IMG/VR virus record: IMGVR_UViG_3300020147_000011
Coordinates: 1 to 57,861 of that record
DNA from: a virus
Taxonomy: Duplodnaviria > Caudoviricetes
Reading direction: 5' to 3' (one strand)
Length of the DNA stretch: 57,861 nucleotides
Positions 1-9,605 of this stretch are shown here, one piece after another. How positions within the stretch are numbered: the stretch's first letter is position 1; the number at the start of each line of letters is the position of its first letter. The translations under genes were made by a program, and so were the position numbers. The notes beneath the pieces are model-generated. The model was given only the letters and a program-made list of their open reading frames with translations. It did no database searches and was not told the origin of the DNA.

Positions 1-50
1 GTCCGCGGCGCGATGACTTCAAATTTTTTGAACTACCCCCCCGGGGGGGC
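1..50. other. Probable cos/packaging region (genome end)
   Basis: Lies between the HNH gene and, across the window junction, the terS start. It contains the inverted repeat TTCAAA-ttt-TTTGAA (18-32) and the palindrome C7G7 (36-49). HK97-like cos sites lie at this position. Confidence 0.6.
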
Positions 51-54
51 ATGA

Positions 55-330
55 TCAGTGCCAGACACCACGCATGTGCAGTGACGCCTGCTCCTCGCGT
101 TGCGTCACGCTGTCATGGCAAGGCTTGCATTGCGTCTCGAGATTGTCTTCACACCAGAACAGACGCTCATCGCCTCGGTGAGGCGTCTTGTGATTGCACA
201 CCAGCTGGCTGGTATCGCCTACTAGCCTGCCACACTCCTTGCGCTGGCAGGTGTAGCCATCACGCAGGAATATCTTGAGCCGCAAGGCCTGCCATCGGGC
301 AGTCTTGTACCAGCGCTTCCATGGGTGCAT
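55..330 (-). CDS. HNH endonuclease, HK97 gp74-like terminase accessory
   Basis: RDGYTCQ...CG...HKTPHRGD...NLETQCKPCHD motif; immediately upstream of terS on the circular map. Confidence 0.9.
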   Translation of the reverse strand: MHPWKRWYKTARWQALRLKIFLRDGYTCQRKECGRLVGDTSQLVCNHKTPHRGDERLFWCEDNLETQCKPCHDSVTQREEQASLHMRGVWH

Positions 331-435
331 CGGTGAAAGGGAGGCCGCACAGAACTTGGAGACCGTGCGGCCTCAGTCCAGGGAGGAAAGTTGACCATAT
401 CGGAGGGCATCCTGCATGGCCTACCCTATGCACAC

Positions 436-467
436 AAAAGCCCCGGGCGTTTCCGCCTCGGGGCTTC
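436..467 (-). terminator. Intrinsic terminator between the NusG-like gene and the late operon
   Basis: Minus strand GAAGCCCCGAGGCG-GAAA-CGCCCGGGGCTTTTG hairpin followed by a U tract. Confidence 0.7.
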
Positions 468-625
468 AGGTAGGATGCCAGCTGTCCGCTCCAGCTTCCG
501 TTTCTCATAATCGCGCCTGTCGAACAGCGCGCTGGGTATCTGCTTTGGGCGTAGTTTTGGCTGGGGAAGAGACCGTTTTTTTTGGTCTCTTCGGTCCACC
601 ATCTCCGTTCCTGCATTCCCCAAAT

Positions 626-1216
626 TCATGAGGACGGTACTAGCGAGAGGCCCAACGCCTTCCGAAGTGTCTGATTCCGTATCTTGGAGTCAAGCCTCAT
701 CAGCCGATCCTGGAATTCCGACGGGGGATGTGCAGCGACCACGCCTTCGTCGGCGACCTTTTGCTTACGATATCCACGCGATTTGCGCGGCCGCCAAATT
801 GGACGTTGCCCATTCTCAACGGCACGCACAATGTCGATTACCTCATCAGCGATCACCACTGGCGTGCCCTCCGATGCGAGAAACTGCATCACGCCGGGCG
901 TCGACCTGATCCTGGTGTAGTTTCGGTCGGTCAGCCACACGAAGACGAACAGATAGCCCGGAAACATCGGCCGGACGATATCAACCTTCCGACCACGCTT
1001 GATCTCGCTCCTCACTTCTTCCGGCAGGTAGATGCCGAACCGGCGGCTTGACAGTTCCTCGGCAACCGCGCGATCCGCATTCGCATAGGTTTCGATCACA
1101 TGCCACGTCGGCTCCAGATTGCCCTTCATCTCGGCATTGCGGTAATCGAGCGTCACAAATGGCCGGGCCAGTTCCGCCATCACGTCCGCCGAAAACGCCT
1201 TCGGTAAGTCGTTCAT
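626..1216 (-). CDS. NusG/RfaH-family (NGN domain) antitermination protein
   Basis: WHVIET...RPMFPGYLFV...IRSTPGV NGN signature; no clear KOW domain. Confidence 0.85.
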   Translation of the reverse strand: MNDLPKAFSADVMAELARPFVTLDYRNAEMKGNLEPTWHVIETYANADRAVAEELSSRRFGIYLPEEVRSEIKRGRKVDIVRPMFPGYLFVFVWLTDRNYTRIRSTPGVMQFLASEGTPVVIADEVIDIVRAVENGQRPIWRPRKSRGYRKQKVADEGVVAAHPPSEFQDRLMRLDSKIRNQTLRKALGLSLVPSS

Positions 1217-1314
1217 CCCTCCGCATCGCTTTCCCCTCTCGCTTGGTGACAGATCGAACCCGGAATGGAAGGCCGGGCTTTTGGGCTCAAAAAGATATTC
1301 CGATTGAGAATATT

Positions 1315-1580
1315 TTTTCCGGGAGGAAGGCTGGGAGGTTCATGGGAACATCCAGCTTTCAACCTCAATCCAAGAAAACACTGTGCCGCAGGGCTTTCTT
1401 AGATTCTTTGGGAGGATGGGAGGATTGGGAGCTTATTTCCGTCTGTAATATACGCTCGCCCGCGCGCACGCGCATGTGACATAAGAAACAAGCTCCCGAA
1501 CTCCCCTCAAGCTCCCATCGTCAAGCAATTCAACACGTTAAGCGCCGTCAATTCCTCCCGATTATGGGAGGATGGGAGGA
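1315..1580. repeat. Probable replication origin with GGGAG(G) iterons in both orientations
   Basis: Non-coding gap after the primase-helicase with many GGGAGG/GGGAGC copies (1321-1432, 1566-1579) and CTCCC copies (1493-1559). Confidence 0.6.
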
Positions 1581-3749
1581 TCAGATTTCCATATCGACAC
1601 CTTCACTCGCCTCCTTTGGCCCGTCGTTGCGCACGCGGATGGGCTTGCCTTCATGGTCGACGAAGTCGTTCACGCTCTTGACGAGTTTCATGTCGAGCCA
1701 CCAGACGACGTCGCTCTGCTTGCGCTTGTAGCCGCGCTCATCCATCGCGAGCGAGAAGCCGCGGTTCTTCCAGGCGTTCTCGCCGGCGGACGCACACCAT
1801 GCCTCGTAGACCTGGTGCAGCACGCTCGACTGCACACGATCGCCGATCGAGTCGACGATGCATTGCGACAGGAAGCGGCCAAGAGGATCGGAGGCGGAGC
1901 GGTATTCCGCCGTGGCCTGCAGCACGTCCTCAGGCTCGTGCAGGCCCTTGTCGATCCAGACCCGCAGGCCATCCAGCAGCCAGTTCAGAATGCCCGACGC
2001 CTCGGCCCGCAGCTTTTCGTGCAGGTGGATGTCGCGCTCTTCCTTGGGGATGGTGATGCCGAACGGTACCAGCCGCACGCGCCGCCAGATGCCTTCGTCC
2101 GTTCCCGATATCGTCGGCCGGTAGTTGCCGCTCATGGTGAGCTTGAACTGTGGGTAGAACTTGAAGAAATCGCGGTTGAGGTGACGCGCCTGGATCGGCT
2201 CGCCGCCGGTGACGAGCTTCACCATGGCTTCCGCAAGCTTTGCGCCCTTCTCAGGCTCGGAGGTGCGCAGGAAGCGCACGCCGGGCAGGATGGCGAGATC
2301 CGGCGTCGCCTGGCCGCCGCCGCGCGCCTTGCCGTGGTCGAGGAAGGTCTCGATCGGGACGGTCTCGCCGTAGTCGCCGGCGACGAAGCTGACGGCATCG
2401 ATCAGCACGGACTTGCCGTTGCCGCCCTTGCCGTAGAAGAACGCCAGCAGCTGCTCGGTGACGTCGCCGGTCAGCGACAGACCGAGCCATTGCTGGATGA
2501 AGGAGCGCATCTCGTCACGCGGCTGCACCTTGGCGAGGAAGGCGTCGAACGCCGGCCGCTGCGCCTCGGGATCGAATTCGACGGGCGCCAGCTTGGTGAT
2601 CAGGTCGGATGGATCATGCGGCTTGAACTCGACGTAGTCGCCCTCGGACCTGCGGCGGACGACCAGCGTGCCGTTGCGCACGTTGATCATCATCTTGTCG
2701 GCATCGAGCTTGTCGATCGCGACCGCAAAGTATGGCGCGCCGCGCTTTGACAGGGCGCCGAGCTTGTTCAGCGCTTCGGACGCGCGGCCCCAGCTGGCGA
2801 TCTTGTCCGAATACATCGTCTTGTTGCCGTCACGGTCGACCTTGAACACGTAGTCGCGCGCGCCCCACGGCGCATCGTCGGCTTCCTTGTCGCCGCTTTC
2901 GGCGACCGCGTCAGCCTCATCCTGGATGGCCCGCACGGTGTCGTGCTCGGCGATCTTGACCAGGTCGTCGGCGCCGTCGCGGCTCCAGCGGCGGCCGTCC
3001 CATGCGAGCCAACCGATCGCAGGGCACCACAACAGCTTGTCGCGGTAGCGTTCGCGAAAGCGTTCGGCATTGCCGAGGTCGGTCAGCGGAAAGAACGCCA
3101 GCCGCATGTTGCGCGCGCCGTCGTCCTCGCGCCGGCCCGGCGGCCGCCCCCCGCCCCCCACGCCAGTGTCGCCATCGGCGCAATCTCCCGTTTGGGAGGT
3201 TGCGAACCCGCTTCGCCCCTCAGGGGGCGCGGGGGCGACAGACGACGACGAAGCGGAAGGATCGGGAGGAATGTCGGATTCCCGCGCCGCCGCGGGTGCG
3301 GCCGGGAGGTCGGGAGGGTCGGAAACCTCAGCAGAGGAAGATAGGCGGACAGCCGCGCTATTCCCGGCTTCGCCGGGGCGCGGCAGACTCAGCATGGGAT
3401 GGCCGAAATCGCGCGGGGCCTTCTTGCCGGCCTTCAGCGCGGCCGCGATGGTCGCCTTCACCGCCTTGGCGCCGATCTCCTTGAGGAGGCCGACAGCGGC
3501 GGCTGCGTCTTCCAATAGGGCCTTTGCAAAGGGCTCGCTGAGTGCGCCGGCGCCGATGATGCTGCCGGCGGCTTGGGCGGCCTCCTGCAGGGCGCCGGCG
3601 CGGGCCTCGCCTTCGGCACCGCGCAGTCGCTGGATCTCCTGGTCGAGCGCGGAGAGGCCTGCGCGGCGCAGCTCGTCGGGGGACAAGGCTTGCGGCTCGG
3701 CGAAGGCGGGCGCGGCGTCGATCAGCTCGAGGACGGCGGTGCCGGTCAT
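1581..3749 (-). CDS. P4/D5-family primase-helicase (D5 N-terminal domain plus SF3 helicase)
   Basis: TDLGNAERF, Walker A YGKGGNGKS, GTDEGIWRR; start MTGTAV overlaps the upstream stop (ATGA). Confidence 0.92.
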   Translation of the reverse strand: MTGTAVLELIDAAPAFAEPQALSPDELRRAGLSALDQEIQRLRGAEGEARAGALQEAAQAAGSIIGAGALSEPFAKALLEDAAAAVGLLKEIGAKAVKATIAAALKAGKKAPRDFGHPMLSLPRPGEAGNSAAVRLSSSAEVSDPPDLPAAPAAARESDIPPDPSASSSSVAPAPPEGRSGFATSQTGDCADGDTGVGGGGRPPGRREDDGARNMRLAFFPLTDLGNAERFRERYRDKLLWCPAIGWLAWDGRRWSRDGADDLVKIAEHDTVRAIQDEADAVAESGDKEADDAPWGARDYVFKVDRDGNKTMYSDKIASWGRASEALNKLGALSKRGAPYFAVAIDKLDADKMMINVRNGTLVVRRRSEGDYVEFKPHDPSDLITKLAPVEFDPEAQRPAFDAFLAKVQPRDEMRSFIQQWLGLSLTGDVTEQLLAFFYGKGGNGKSVLIDAVSFVAGDYGETVPIETFLDHGKARGGGQATPDLAILPGVRFLRTSEPEKGAKLAEAMVKLVTGGEPIQARHLNRDFFKFYPQFKLTMSGNYRPTISGTDEGIWRRVRLVPFGITIPKEERDIHLHEKLRAEASGILNWLLDGLRVWIDKGLHEPEDVLQATAEYRSASDPLGRFLSQCIVDSIGDRVQSSVLHQVYEAWCASAGENAWKNRGFSLAMDERGYKRKQSDVVWWLDMKLVKSVNDFVDHEGKPIRVRNDGPKEASEGVDMEI

Positions 3750-4195
3750 TTGCGGTCCGCCACGATGTCGTGCGCGCCGCGAAGCACATCGCTCGGTGTC
3801 CGAAACTGACGCGTTGGTGTGGGTCCATCTTCGGACCAGTCGCAGAAGTAATCGCGAACGATACACTCCAGCGCTTCCCACGATGTCTGCTCGTCCCACT
3901 CCGGCTCGTAATAGCCGCTGACCGCGCCGACCATGATCGTGCCCTTGAGGGGATGACTCGGCGGTGTCATATAAATCCAGCCGCCTTTTCCGTCGCGGGC
4001 GGGACGCTTCAACATGTCATCGTTGAACAGATCCGGATGCGACGAACGGCCGCGCTCCCAATGCTTACGGGCTCGAATGATCATGCCCGTGTAGCTGTCC
4101 TGCCGCTCCGCCCGGAATTGCTTCCGCTTGTCGTCCAACAACGGCAGCAACGGTGCCGCGCGCTTCGACAGCTTTTTGAGAATTCGCAAATTCAC
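3746..4195 (-). CDS. Hypothetical phage protein
   Basis: Translationally coupled on both sides. Confidence 0.7.
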   Translation of the reverse strand: MNLRILKKLSKRAAPLLPLLDDKRKQFRAERQDSYTGMIIRARKHWERGRSSHPDLFNDDMLKRPARDGKGGWIYMTPPSHPLKGTIMVGAVSGYYEPEWDEQTSWEALECIVRDYFCDWSEDGPTPTRQFRTPSDVLRGAHDIVADRK

Positions 4196-5361
4196 GCCGC
4201 ACCCCGCAGCACGTCGTTGAAATCGACCCCCGACGGCGCGAACGCAATCCGGATCACGCGGCCGTCTTTGGCGTAGCGCCGAGCTGCCCGGACCATGGCG
4301 TATTCGGTCAGCACCTTCTCGCTGTCGCCGTCGCCGAGCAGGATCAACTCGGTGACAGGCTCCGGAATCGACAAGCCGCTGTCGTCAGGATCGGGCACGG
4401 GCCCGGGCACGCGCATCGGATGGCCGTTCGGCCGCTTCAAGATCGGGTGGCGAACGGCTTCCGTGGCGCGGCCGGCCATGTTGCCGAGGTCGCCGGCGGC
4501 CCAGAACGCGGTGTCGCCGATCGGCCGCATCGCGGCCTGGTGCGCGGTCCAGACGGCCAGCACGGTCTCGATGCCCTCGCCGATGATCAGGCGCGACGGA
4601 TCGGAGGGCGCGGCGATCGCGATGTGCGCGGAGGTCTTCGAGCCGCGCATCTTTTTCGCGTTGAGGATCTCGCCGCTGTCGGGATCGATGATCTCGGCCT
4701 TGCCGGGAGGATCCTCCGCCGACAGCCAGGTCAGGTGCAGCCCACCGAACTTGCCATCCGGGCGGATGAAGGCCGCGCACATCGCAGGTCCCGTGTGGAC
4801 CATGCGGGGCGAGGTTCGGCCCCGCGAGTCGATCACCTCGCCGTGCCAGTACGGCATCGAGGGCATATAGCGCAGGCCGGGACACGTCTCCGGCAGCTTG
4901 AGGCCGCGGCCCTCGAGGTAGCGCGCCGCCGGCGTGCCGTGGATCGGCATCGCGCCCTGCCAGGTCTTGAACAGCCGCTTGCGCTCGGCCTCGCGATAGG
5001 AGGCGGCGGTCTTTTCCCGATCGAGGCGTTTCTGCTCGCGGGCTTCGAACAGCGCTTTCGCCGCGGCCTTGTCGATCTCGGTGCGGCCGCCGAGCCGCTC
5101 GATCGCAGCACGGAAGTCGCAGCCCTCGGCCTTCATGACCAGTTCGATAACATCACCCCCGCCAGGGCAAACTGCGCATACCCAACTTTCACTATCCTTG
5201 ATGATCTCGAAGCGTTGCGAGGTCGCGCGGCCGCCGCAGATCGGACACGGCCCGACCAGGCGGGAGCCGGCGCGGCGCAGTTTTACGTAGCCGCCGGCGA
5301 TCGCCTCCAGCGGGTTGCGGGCCTTGATGTCGTCGAGATCGTCGGGAGAGAGGCGGTTCAT
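4192..5361 (-). CDS. CHC2 zinc-finger/Toprim primase-like protein
   Basis: GPCPICGG...WVCAVC..GGDVI zinc finger; IGEGIET and LGDGD Toprim motifs. Confidence 0.88.
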   Translation of the reverse strand: MNRLSPDDLDDIKARNPLEAIAGGYVKLRRAGSRLVGPCPICGGRATSQRFEIIKDSESWVCAVCPGGGDVIELVMKAEGCDFRAAIERLGGRTEIDKAAAKALFEAREQKRLDREKTAASYREAERKRLFKTWQGAMPIHGTPAARYLEGRGLKLPETCPGLRYMPSMPYWHGEVIDSRGRTSPRMVHTGPAMCAAFIRPDGKFGGLHLTWLSAEDPPGKAEIIDPDSGEILNAKKMRGSKTSAHIAIAAPSDPSRLIIGEGIETVLAVWTAHQAAMRPIGDTAFWAAGDLGNMAGRATEAVRHPILKRPNGHPMRVPGPVPDPDDSGLSIPEPVTELILLGDGDSEKVLTEYAMVRAARRYAKDGRVIRIAFAPSGVDFNDVLRGAA

Positions 5362-5636
5362 TCGTCGTCCGCCTCCTCGATCGACGCGGCATCCGTGGCC
5401 GGCACCGGCAGCTGCGACAGCTTACCGAGCCGCTCCAGGATCACGGCGTCGCTCTGGATCAGGTCGATCAGCCGGACGATGCCGGCGAAGTCATCGCGCA
5501 AGCTGACCTGGTCGGGCATCGGCTCTTTCAGCATGCCGAGCTTGACCCGGCCGTCCTGGCTGATCTCGATGCGCTCGGCCTCCGACAAGGCGGCGAGCTG
5601 CATGCGAGTGAGCGTGGTTTTGCCGGGAGGGATCAT
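5358..5636 (-). CDS. Hypothetical protein
   Basis: Coupled ORF in the early operon. Confidence 0.65.
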   Translation of the reverse strand: MIPPGKTTLTRMQLAALSEAERIEISQDGRVKLGMLKEPMPDQVSLRDDFAGIVRLIDLIQSDAVILERLGKLSQLPVPATDAASIEEADDE

Positions 5637-5899
5637 TTTGACTTTCGATCTCCGCGGCGCTTTGGCGGGAACGGCTGCATGAACTGCTTCAGCTTGCCGG
5701 CCTCATAGGCGTCGGCGAGTGCGCGCAACCCCGCCGGCGTGATGCCGTGCCACGCGTCTGGCCTGTTTCGAAGGCGGGGTTTGAGCAGCCCGCGCTTCAC
5801 CAGGGATTTCGAGACGGCATCGCCGACGACCAGGAGCATCGAGGGCGAAGCCAACCCCAGCAAGCGCTCCAACTGCAGCTTTCCGAGGGGTCGCATCAG
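5633..5899 (-). CDS. Hypothetical protein, possible winged helix
   Basis: SLVKRGLL...WHGITPAG pattern; coupled ORF; start uncertain. Confidence 0.55.
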   Translation of the reverse strand: MMRPLGKLQLERLLGLASPSMLLVVGDAVSKSLVKRGLLKPRLRNRPDAWHGITPAGLRALADAYEAGKLKQFMQPFPPKRRGDRKSK

Positions 5900-6165
5900 C
5901 ATCCTCCGTTCGGCCGCAGGTCCGCGGCATTGAGCCAGTCGTTGATCTTGACGCACGCCAGGCGGCGGGCTTCGGCAAGGTCGCGCGCCGGCCGCCAGGC
6001 TGCAGATGTCGAGGCTTCGGGCAGGGTCAGCCGGAAGCAGGCCTGGTGCCGGCCGCCATCGGTCGGCATGATCTCGCCGACCTGGACGCGGCCGAGCATC
6101 ACCGCTTCACGGCCGAGCGTGAGGGGCTGAAACGCCACCACGCCGTCGTGCGATTCCCCGCCCAT
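5896..6165 (-). CDS. Hypothetical protein
   Basis: Coupled ORF. Confidence 0.6.
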   Translation of the reverse strand: MGGESHDGVVAFQPLTLGREAVMLGRVQVGEIMPTDGGRHQACFRLTLPEASTSAAWRPARDLAEARRLACVKINDWLNAADLRPNGGC

Positions 6166-6191
6166 GGATGGATTCCCCTGTGATGCAGGCC

Positions 6192-8111
6192 TCAGCGCTT
6201 CTTCTTCGCCGAGGTCTTTTTGGCTGCCTTCTTCGCTGACGCCGCGCGCTTGGCAGGCGCCGCCTTGGCGGGCTTCTTCGCCTTCCCTGACAGCGCCACT
6301 ACCTTGCCCTTGGCGACCGGAGGGCCGTCATAGCCCTTGGCGCGCAGCTGCAGCGGCAGCCAGCCGGTTAAGGCCACGTTCTCGACTGCGAACGCGACGA
6401 TGTCTGGCTTGCCGTTCTTGCCCTGCTGGCGGGCGATGTCGGGGCCCATCGCCTCCTCGATCGCCTTGAGGCACAGCGCCTTGCTGACGCCGCCGAAATA
6501 GTCCTTGGCATCGAAGGCGCCGCGGGCGGCGGCGTTGAAGGCCTTGGCGTCGATCGCGTTGACGATCGCCATGGCGCCGTCGTGCGGATCGTTATGGTCG
6601 GTCGACGTATGCTGGAAATCCAGCGCGTTGGCCGCCAGCTGCGTCAGCAGCGTGATCCGCTCGGCCGGCTTCAGCTTCTGCGCCAGCGGCAGCGCGCGCT
6701 TCATGTCTTCGGCGCCGAGCACGCTCCGCTCGTCACGGCTGCCGAGGCCTGAGATCGAGGCCTTGACGCCGCAGTTTGAATAGCAGCCGACGCCGGCGAT
6801 CAGCACGGACAGCGCGAGCTGCTCGTCCTGGATTAGCGCGGTTGCGGCGGCCTTAGTCAGCTGCACGGACAAACGATGCAGCAGCGCCTGCGAGATATCG
6901 GCTTCATCGGCCTCGGCCGGCGTTACTGCTGCGGCTTTCTTTCCCGGCTTGGCCGGCTCGTCTGCCGGAGTCTGTGACGGCAGCCTGGCTTCATCCGGCT
7001 TTTTCACGCCATAGAGGATGACGATGCGGCCGTTCTCGACGTCGACGATGCAGCCGAGCTGCTTTCTTTTCTTGGACTCCAAGCTGCGCGCGCGGACGGC
7101 GGAGGTGATTTCCGCCATCTCCGCTTCGAGCTTTTGCTGCAGTTCTTCCTGCTCGTTGTAGGAGAGATCGGAATCCTCTTCCAGCGACTGCAGCTTTGCG
7201 TCCAGGGCGTCATAACGCGCCTTTTCGTCGCCCTGATAGTCGAGATGTTTCGGCTGCGACTGCGACCAGTAGCGCGCGCCGTGCGGCAGGTCCTCGTTGA
7301 TCTCGGCCCAGGCCCAACCATCGGCCTGCAGTTCCTCGCATTTCGAGATCAGGAGCTGGCGCGCCATCTGCTTCAGCAGGACTTCGTTGCTGATGATATG
7401 GGAGGTGCCGAACAGGTCTTCCGTGACGTCGCCGCCGGCGTTGCGGTAGGCCTCGATGCCGACGACATCGAGCAGCTGGGTCACGCTGGCGTCGACTGCG
7501 CCGGCGCCGAGTTCCTTCTTGACGAAGGTTTCATAGAGCCGGCCCTCCGCGTGCAGCTTGTCGAAGGTCTTGTCCTGGGTGTCATGCCCCAGCGCCAGCG
7601 TGAAGGCGCGGGCGACCTCCGCCCTGATCTCCCCGGCCCGCCAGGCATCACGGATCTTCGGGCTGAGCCGGCCGAGCGCCAGCGCCTGGCGCACTTCCTT
7701 CTCCGTCATGCCGTACTGGCGAGCGATCTCTTCATGGGTCTTGCCGCGCTCCTCGAGCCGGGCAAAGGCCTCGTACTGGTCGACCGGGTGGAGCTGCTTG
7801 GCGGTGATCGCGGTCGTCAGCGAGAATTCGAACGCGCGGGTCTCGTCGACGTCGTGCAGGGTGCAGTTGATCGGCTGGTCGGAGTCCGCGGTGTAGATCA
7901 TGTGAAACGCCGCCAGCCGCCGGTTGCCGTTGGCGACCGAATAGAAGCCGCCGCCGGCGTCTTTCACGATCAGGTTTTCGATCTGGCCCTGCGCGTGCAG
8001 GTTGGCGGCGAGTTCGGCAATGCCGTCCTGCCGGCCGGCGACGCGGGCGTTGATGCCGGCGCCGTCGTCCTGGCCGAACTTCAGGCGGTTCAGTGGAATC
8101 TGCATGTCCAT
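6192..8111 (-). CDS. ParB/Srx N-terminal domain protein (plasmid/ICE-type ParB-like)
   Basis: IPLNRL...GQIENLIV...VANGNRRLAA, LHPVDQYEAF, then an HTH; Lys/Ala-rich tail; GGAGG upstream of ATG 8111. Confidence 0.85.
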   Translation of the reverse strand: MDMQIPLNRLKFGQDDGAGINARVAGRQDGIAELAANLHAQGQIENLIVKDAGGGFYSVANGNRRLAAFHMIYTADSDQPINCTLHDVDETRAFEFSLTTAITAKQLHPVDQYEAFARLEERGKTHEEIARQYGMTEKEVRQALALGRLSPKIRDAWRAGEIRAEVARAFTLALGHDTQDKTFDKLHAEGRLYETFVKKELGAGAVDASVTQLLDVVGIEAYRNAGGDVTEDLFGTSHIISNEVLLKQMARQLLISKCEELQADGWAWAEINEDLPHGARYWSQSQPKHLDYQGDEKARYDALDAKLQSLEEDSDLSYNEQEELQQKLEAEMAEITSAVRARSLESKKRKQLGCIVDVENGRIVILYGVKKPDEARLPSQTPADEPAKPGKKAAAVTPAEADEADISQALLHRLSVQLTKAAATALIQDEQLALSVLIAGVGCYSNCGVKASISGLGSRDERSVLGAEDMKRALPLAQKLKPAERITLLTQLAANALDFQHTSTDHNDPHDGAMAIVNAIDAKAFNAAARGAFDAKDYFGGVSKALCLKAIEEAMGPDIARQQGKNGKPDIVAFAVENVALTGWLPLQLRAKGYDGPPVAKGKVVALSGKAKKPAKAAPAKRAASAKKAAKKTSAKKKR

Positions 8112-8115
8112 CGGA

Positions 8116-8280
8116 CTAGCCTCCCTGGCTGGTTGATTGTTCACGGATGAGTTGAGCGGTCTCGCGGTAGCGCTTGCGCAGCATTTCGCGGGTGCCGTCC
8201 GGACCGGTGGAGCCGATCGGGATCAGCGCCTCGAGGATGGCGATCTGGTTGAGCAGAATCTGGCGCTCGATGGCGGTCAT
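8116..8280 (-). CDS. Small hypothetical protein (54 aa, not in ORF track)
   Basis: MTAIERQILLNQIAILEAL...; ATGA-coupled to the upstream gene. Confidence 0.55.
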   Translation of the reverse strand: MTAIERQILLNQIAILEALIPIGSTGPDGTREMLRKRYRETAQLIREQSTSQGG

Positions 8281-8984
8281 CCGATGAGCCTCGGATTTTC
8301 GATGATGACAGGCTGCGGCTGAACGAGGCCGATCGGCGCATCGGTACCTTGGGCAAAGGCGTCACGAGCTCGCAACGCGCGGCAGACGGCTCTCACCACT
8401 TCGCGCCCCTGAAGCATGTCTACAAGCTCGGAAACGAGGGTGAGGTGGTTCGGCCGCTTCGGGACCGCGACTTGATGGCGCCCCGCGATATTGATCAACT
8501 CAGAGACGTGCAGCATGTCGAGCATTTGCGCCAGCCATGGCTTGTTTGCCCGGTAGTAGTCGCCGGCTGTCACGGTGACGGAAGAGGCCGCAGCATCGAC
8601 CGTCCAAACCTCGATGCCAGCGACGCGCCGGATGATCTGCTGCGTCTCAGTAAATTGTTGCTGATAGCCAATCCCGCCGGATGCATGCTCGGTCTTGATG
8701 GTTGGCAATTGTTCGTTCCAGCGCGGCGCGAGAGCTGCGATCATGCGCGAGCTGATCGGCTTAAACGCCCGCAGCTGCGCTTCCAGCCGATCCATCACGT
8801 CCCGGCTCGATTTGATCTCGACCGAAACGATCTCGTCCTCGGTCACTGCCGCAAGATCGATCCGGTTGCTCGAATACCGCAGCGGCAACTCGTGGATAAT
8901 TCTTGCTGCAGGATAGCGCTTACGCAATTCCGGCACGATCAGAGCGCGCATTGCTAGTTCTTCATCGGAACGGTTGTGCGTCAT
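8277..8984 (-). CDS. PD-(D/E)XK-like nuclease-fold protein (sce7726/MmcB-like)
   Basis: HEL...RIDLAAV...SVEIKSSRD...RL..Q motif. Confidence 0.7.
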   Translation of the reverse strand: MTHNRSDEELAMRALIVPELRKRYPAARIIHELPLRYSSNRIDLAAVTEDEIVSVEIKSSRDVMDRLEAQLRAFKPISSRMIAALAPRWNEQLPTIKTEHASGGIGYQQQFTETQQIIRRVAGIEVWTVDAAASSVTVTAGDYYRANKPWLAQMLDMLHVSELINIAGRHQVAVPKRPNHLTLVSELVDMLQGREVVRAVCRALRARDAFAQGTDAPIGLVQPQPVIIENPRLIG

Positions 8985-9313
8985 CGATCGTCCTCGATCA
9001 GAAACGCCGCCGCCCGCCCCAAGGGCGAGGCCGGCGAGCCGTCCGGGTTGCGCTTCATGGCGTGGGCGATGTCGGAGGGCGGGCAGCCGTATTGCAAAAG
9101 CATCGACATCAGGATGGCGCCGTCGCTGGCCAGCGTGTCGGCTTGCGTGTTGACCTTCTGGGCGTTGAGGAACACCTCGACGATCGGGCCGACTTTCGCG
9201 CGCTCGACGCAGACCAGTTCACGGCCGAGGCCGATCTTGTAGCGCTGGCCCTCGTGCTCGATGGCGATGGTTTCATGGGTGCGGCGGCTGGCGAGGCGGT
9301 GGCGGGAGGTCAT
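8981..9313 (-). CDS. TSCPD-like protein (stand-alone class II RNR C-terminal domain)
   Basis: RLASRR.HET...EVFL...DGAILMSMLLQYG pattern. Confidence 0.65.
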   Translation of the reverse strand: MTSRHRLASRRTHETIAIEHEGQRYKIGLGRELVCVERAKVGPIVEVFLNAQKVNTQADTLASDGAILMSMLLQYGCPPSDIAHAMKRNPDGSPASPLGRAAAFLIEDDR

Positions 9314-9372
9314 AACCAGCCCTCGACAAGCGGCAGCGAAACCCTCATATCTGCAGAGACAGGAACAGACCG

Positions 9373-9603
9373 ATGACGAAGGCCACCAAACCGAGAAGGC
9401 AGCTTGCCGAATTTATCGTTGAACGTGTCAATCTTGCAGCGCCCGAGAAGCTCGAAGGCATTGACATCGTTCCCGGCGCTCATCCGCTTGCCAACTGGAG
9501 CCCAGGCGTTTACTGGCCACCGGCAGTCGCGGGGGGTGCAACTGAACGCATCCTCCAGAACGTGGTGCTCGACCTGCAACGGGAATTTGATATCTCGGAC
9601 TGA
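9373..9603 (+). CDS. Small hypothetical moron, opposite to operon
   Basis: 76 aa ORF with AGGA upstream, lying between duplicated gene fragments. Confidence 0.6.
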   Translation: MTKATKPRRQLAEFIVERVNLAAPEKLEGIDIVPGAHPLANWSPGVYWPPAVAGGATERILQNVVLDLQREFDISD

Positions 9604-9605
9604 GG

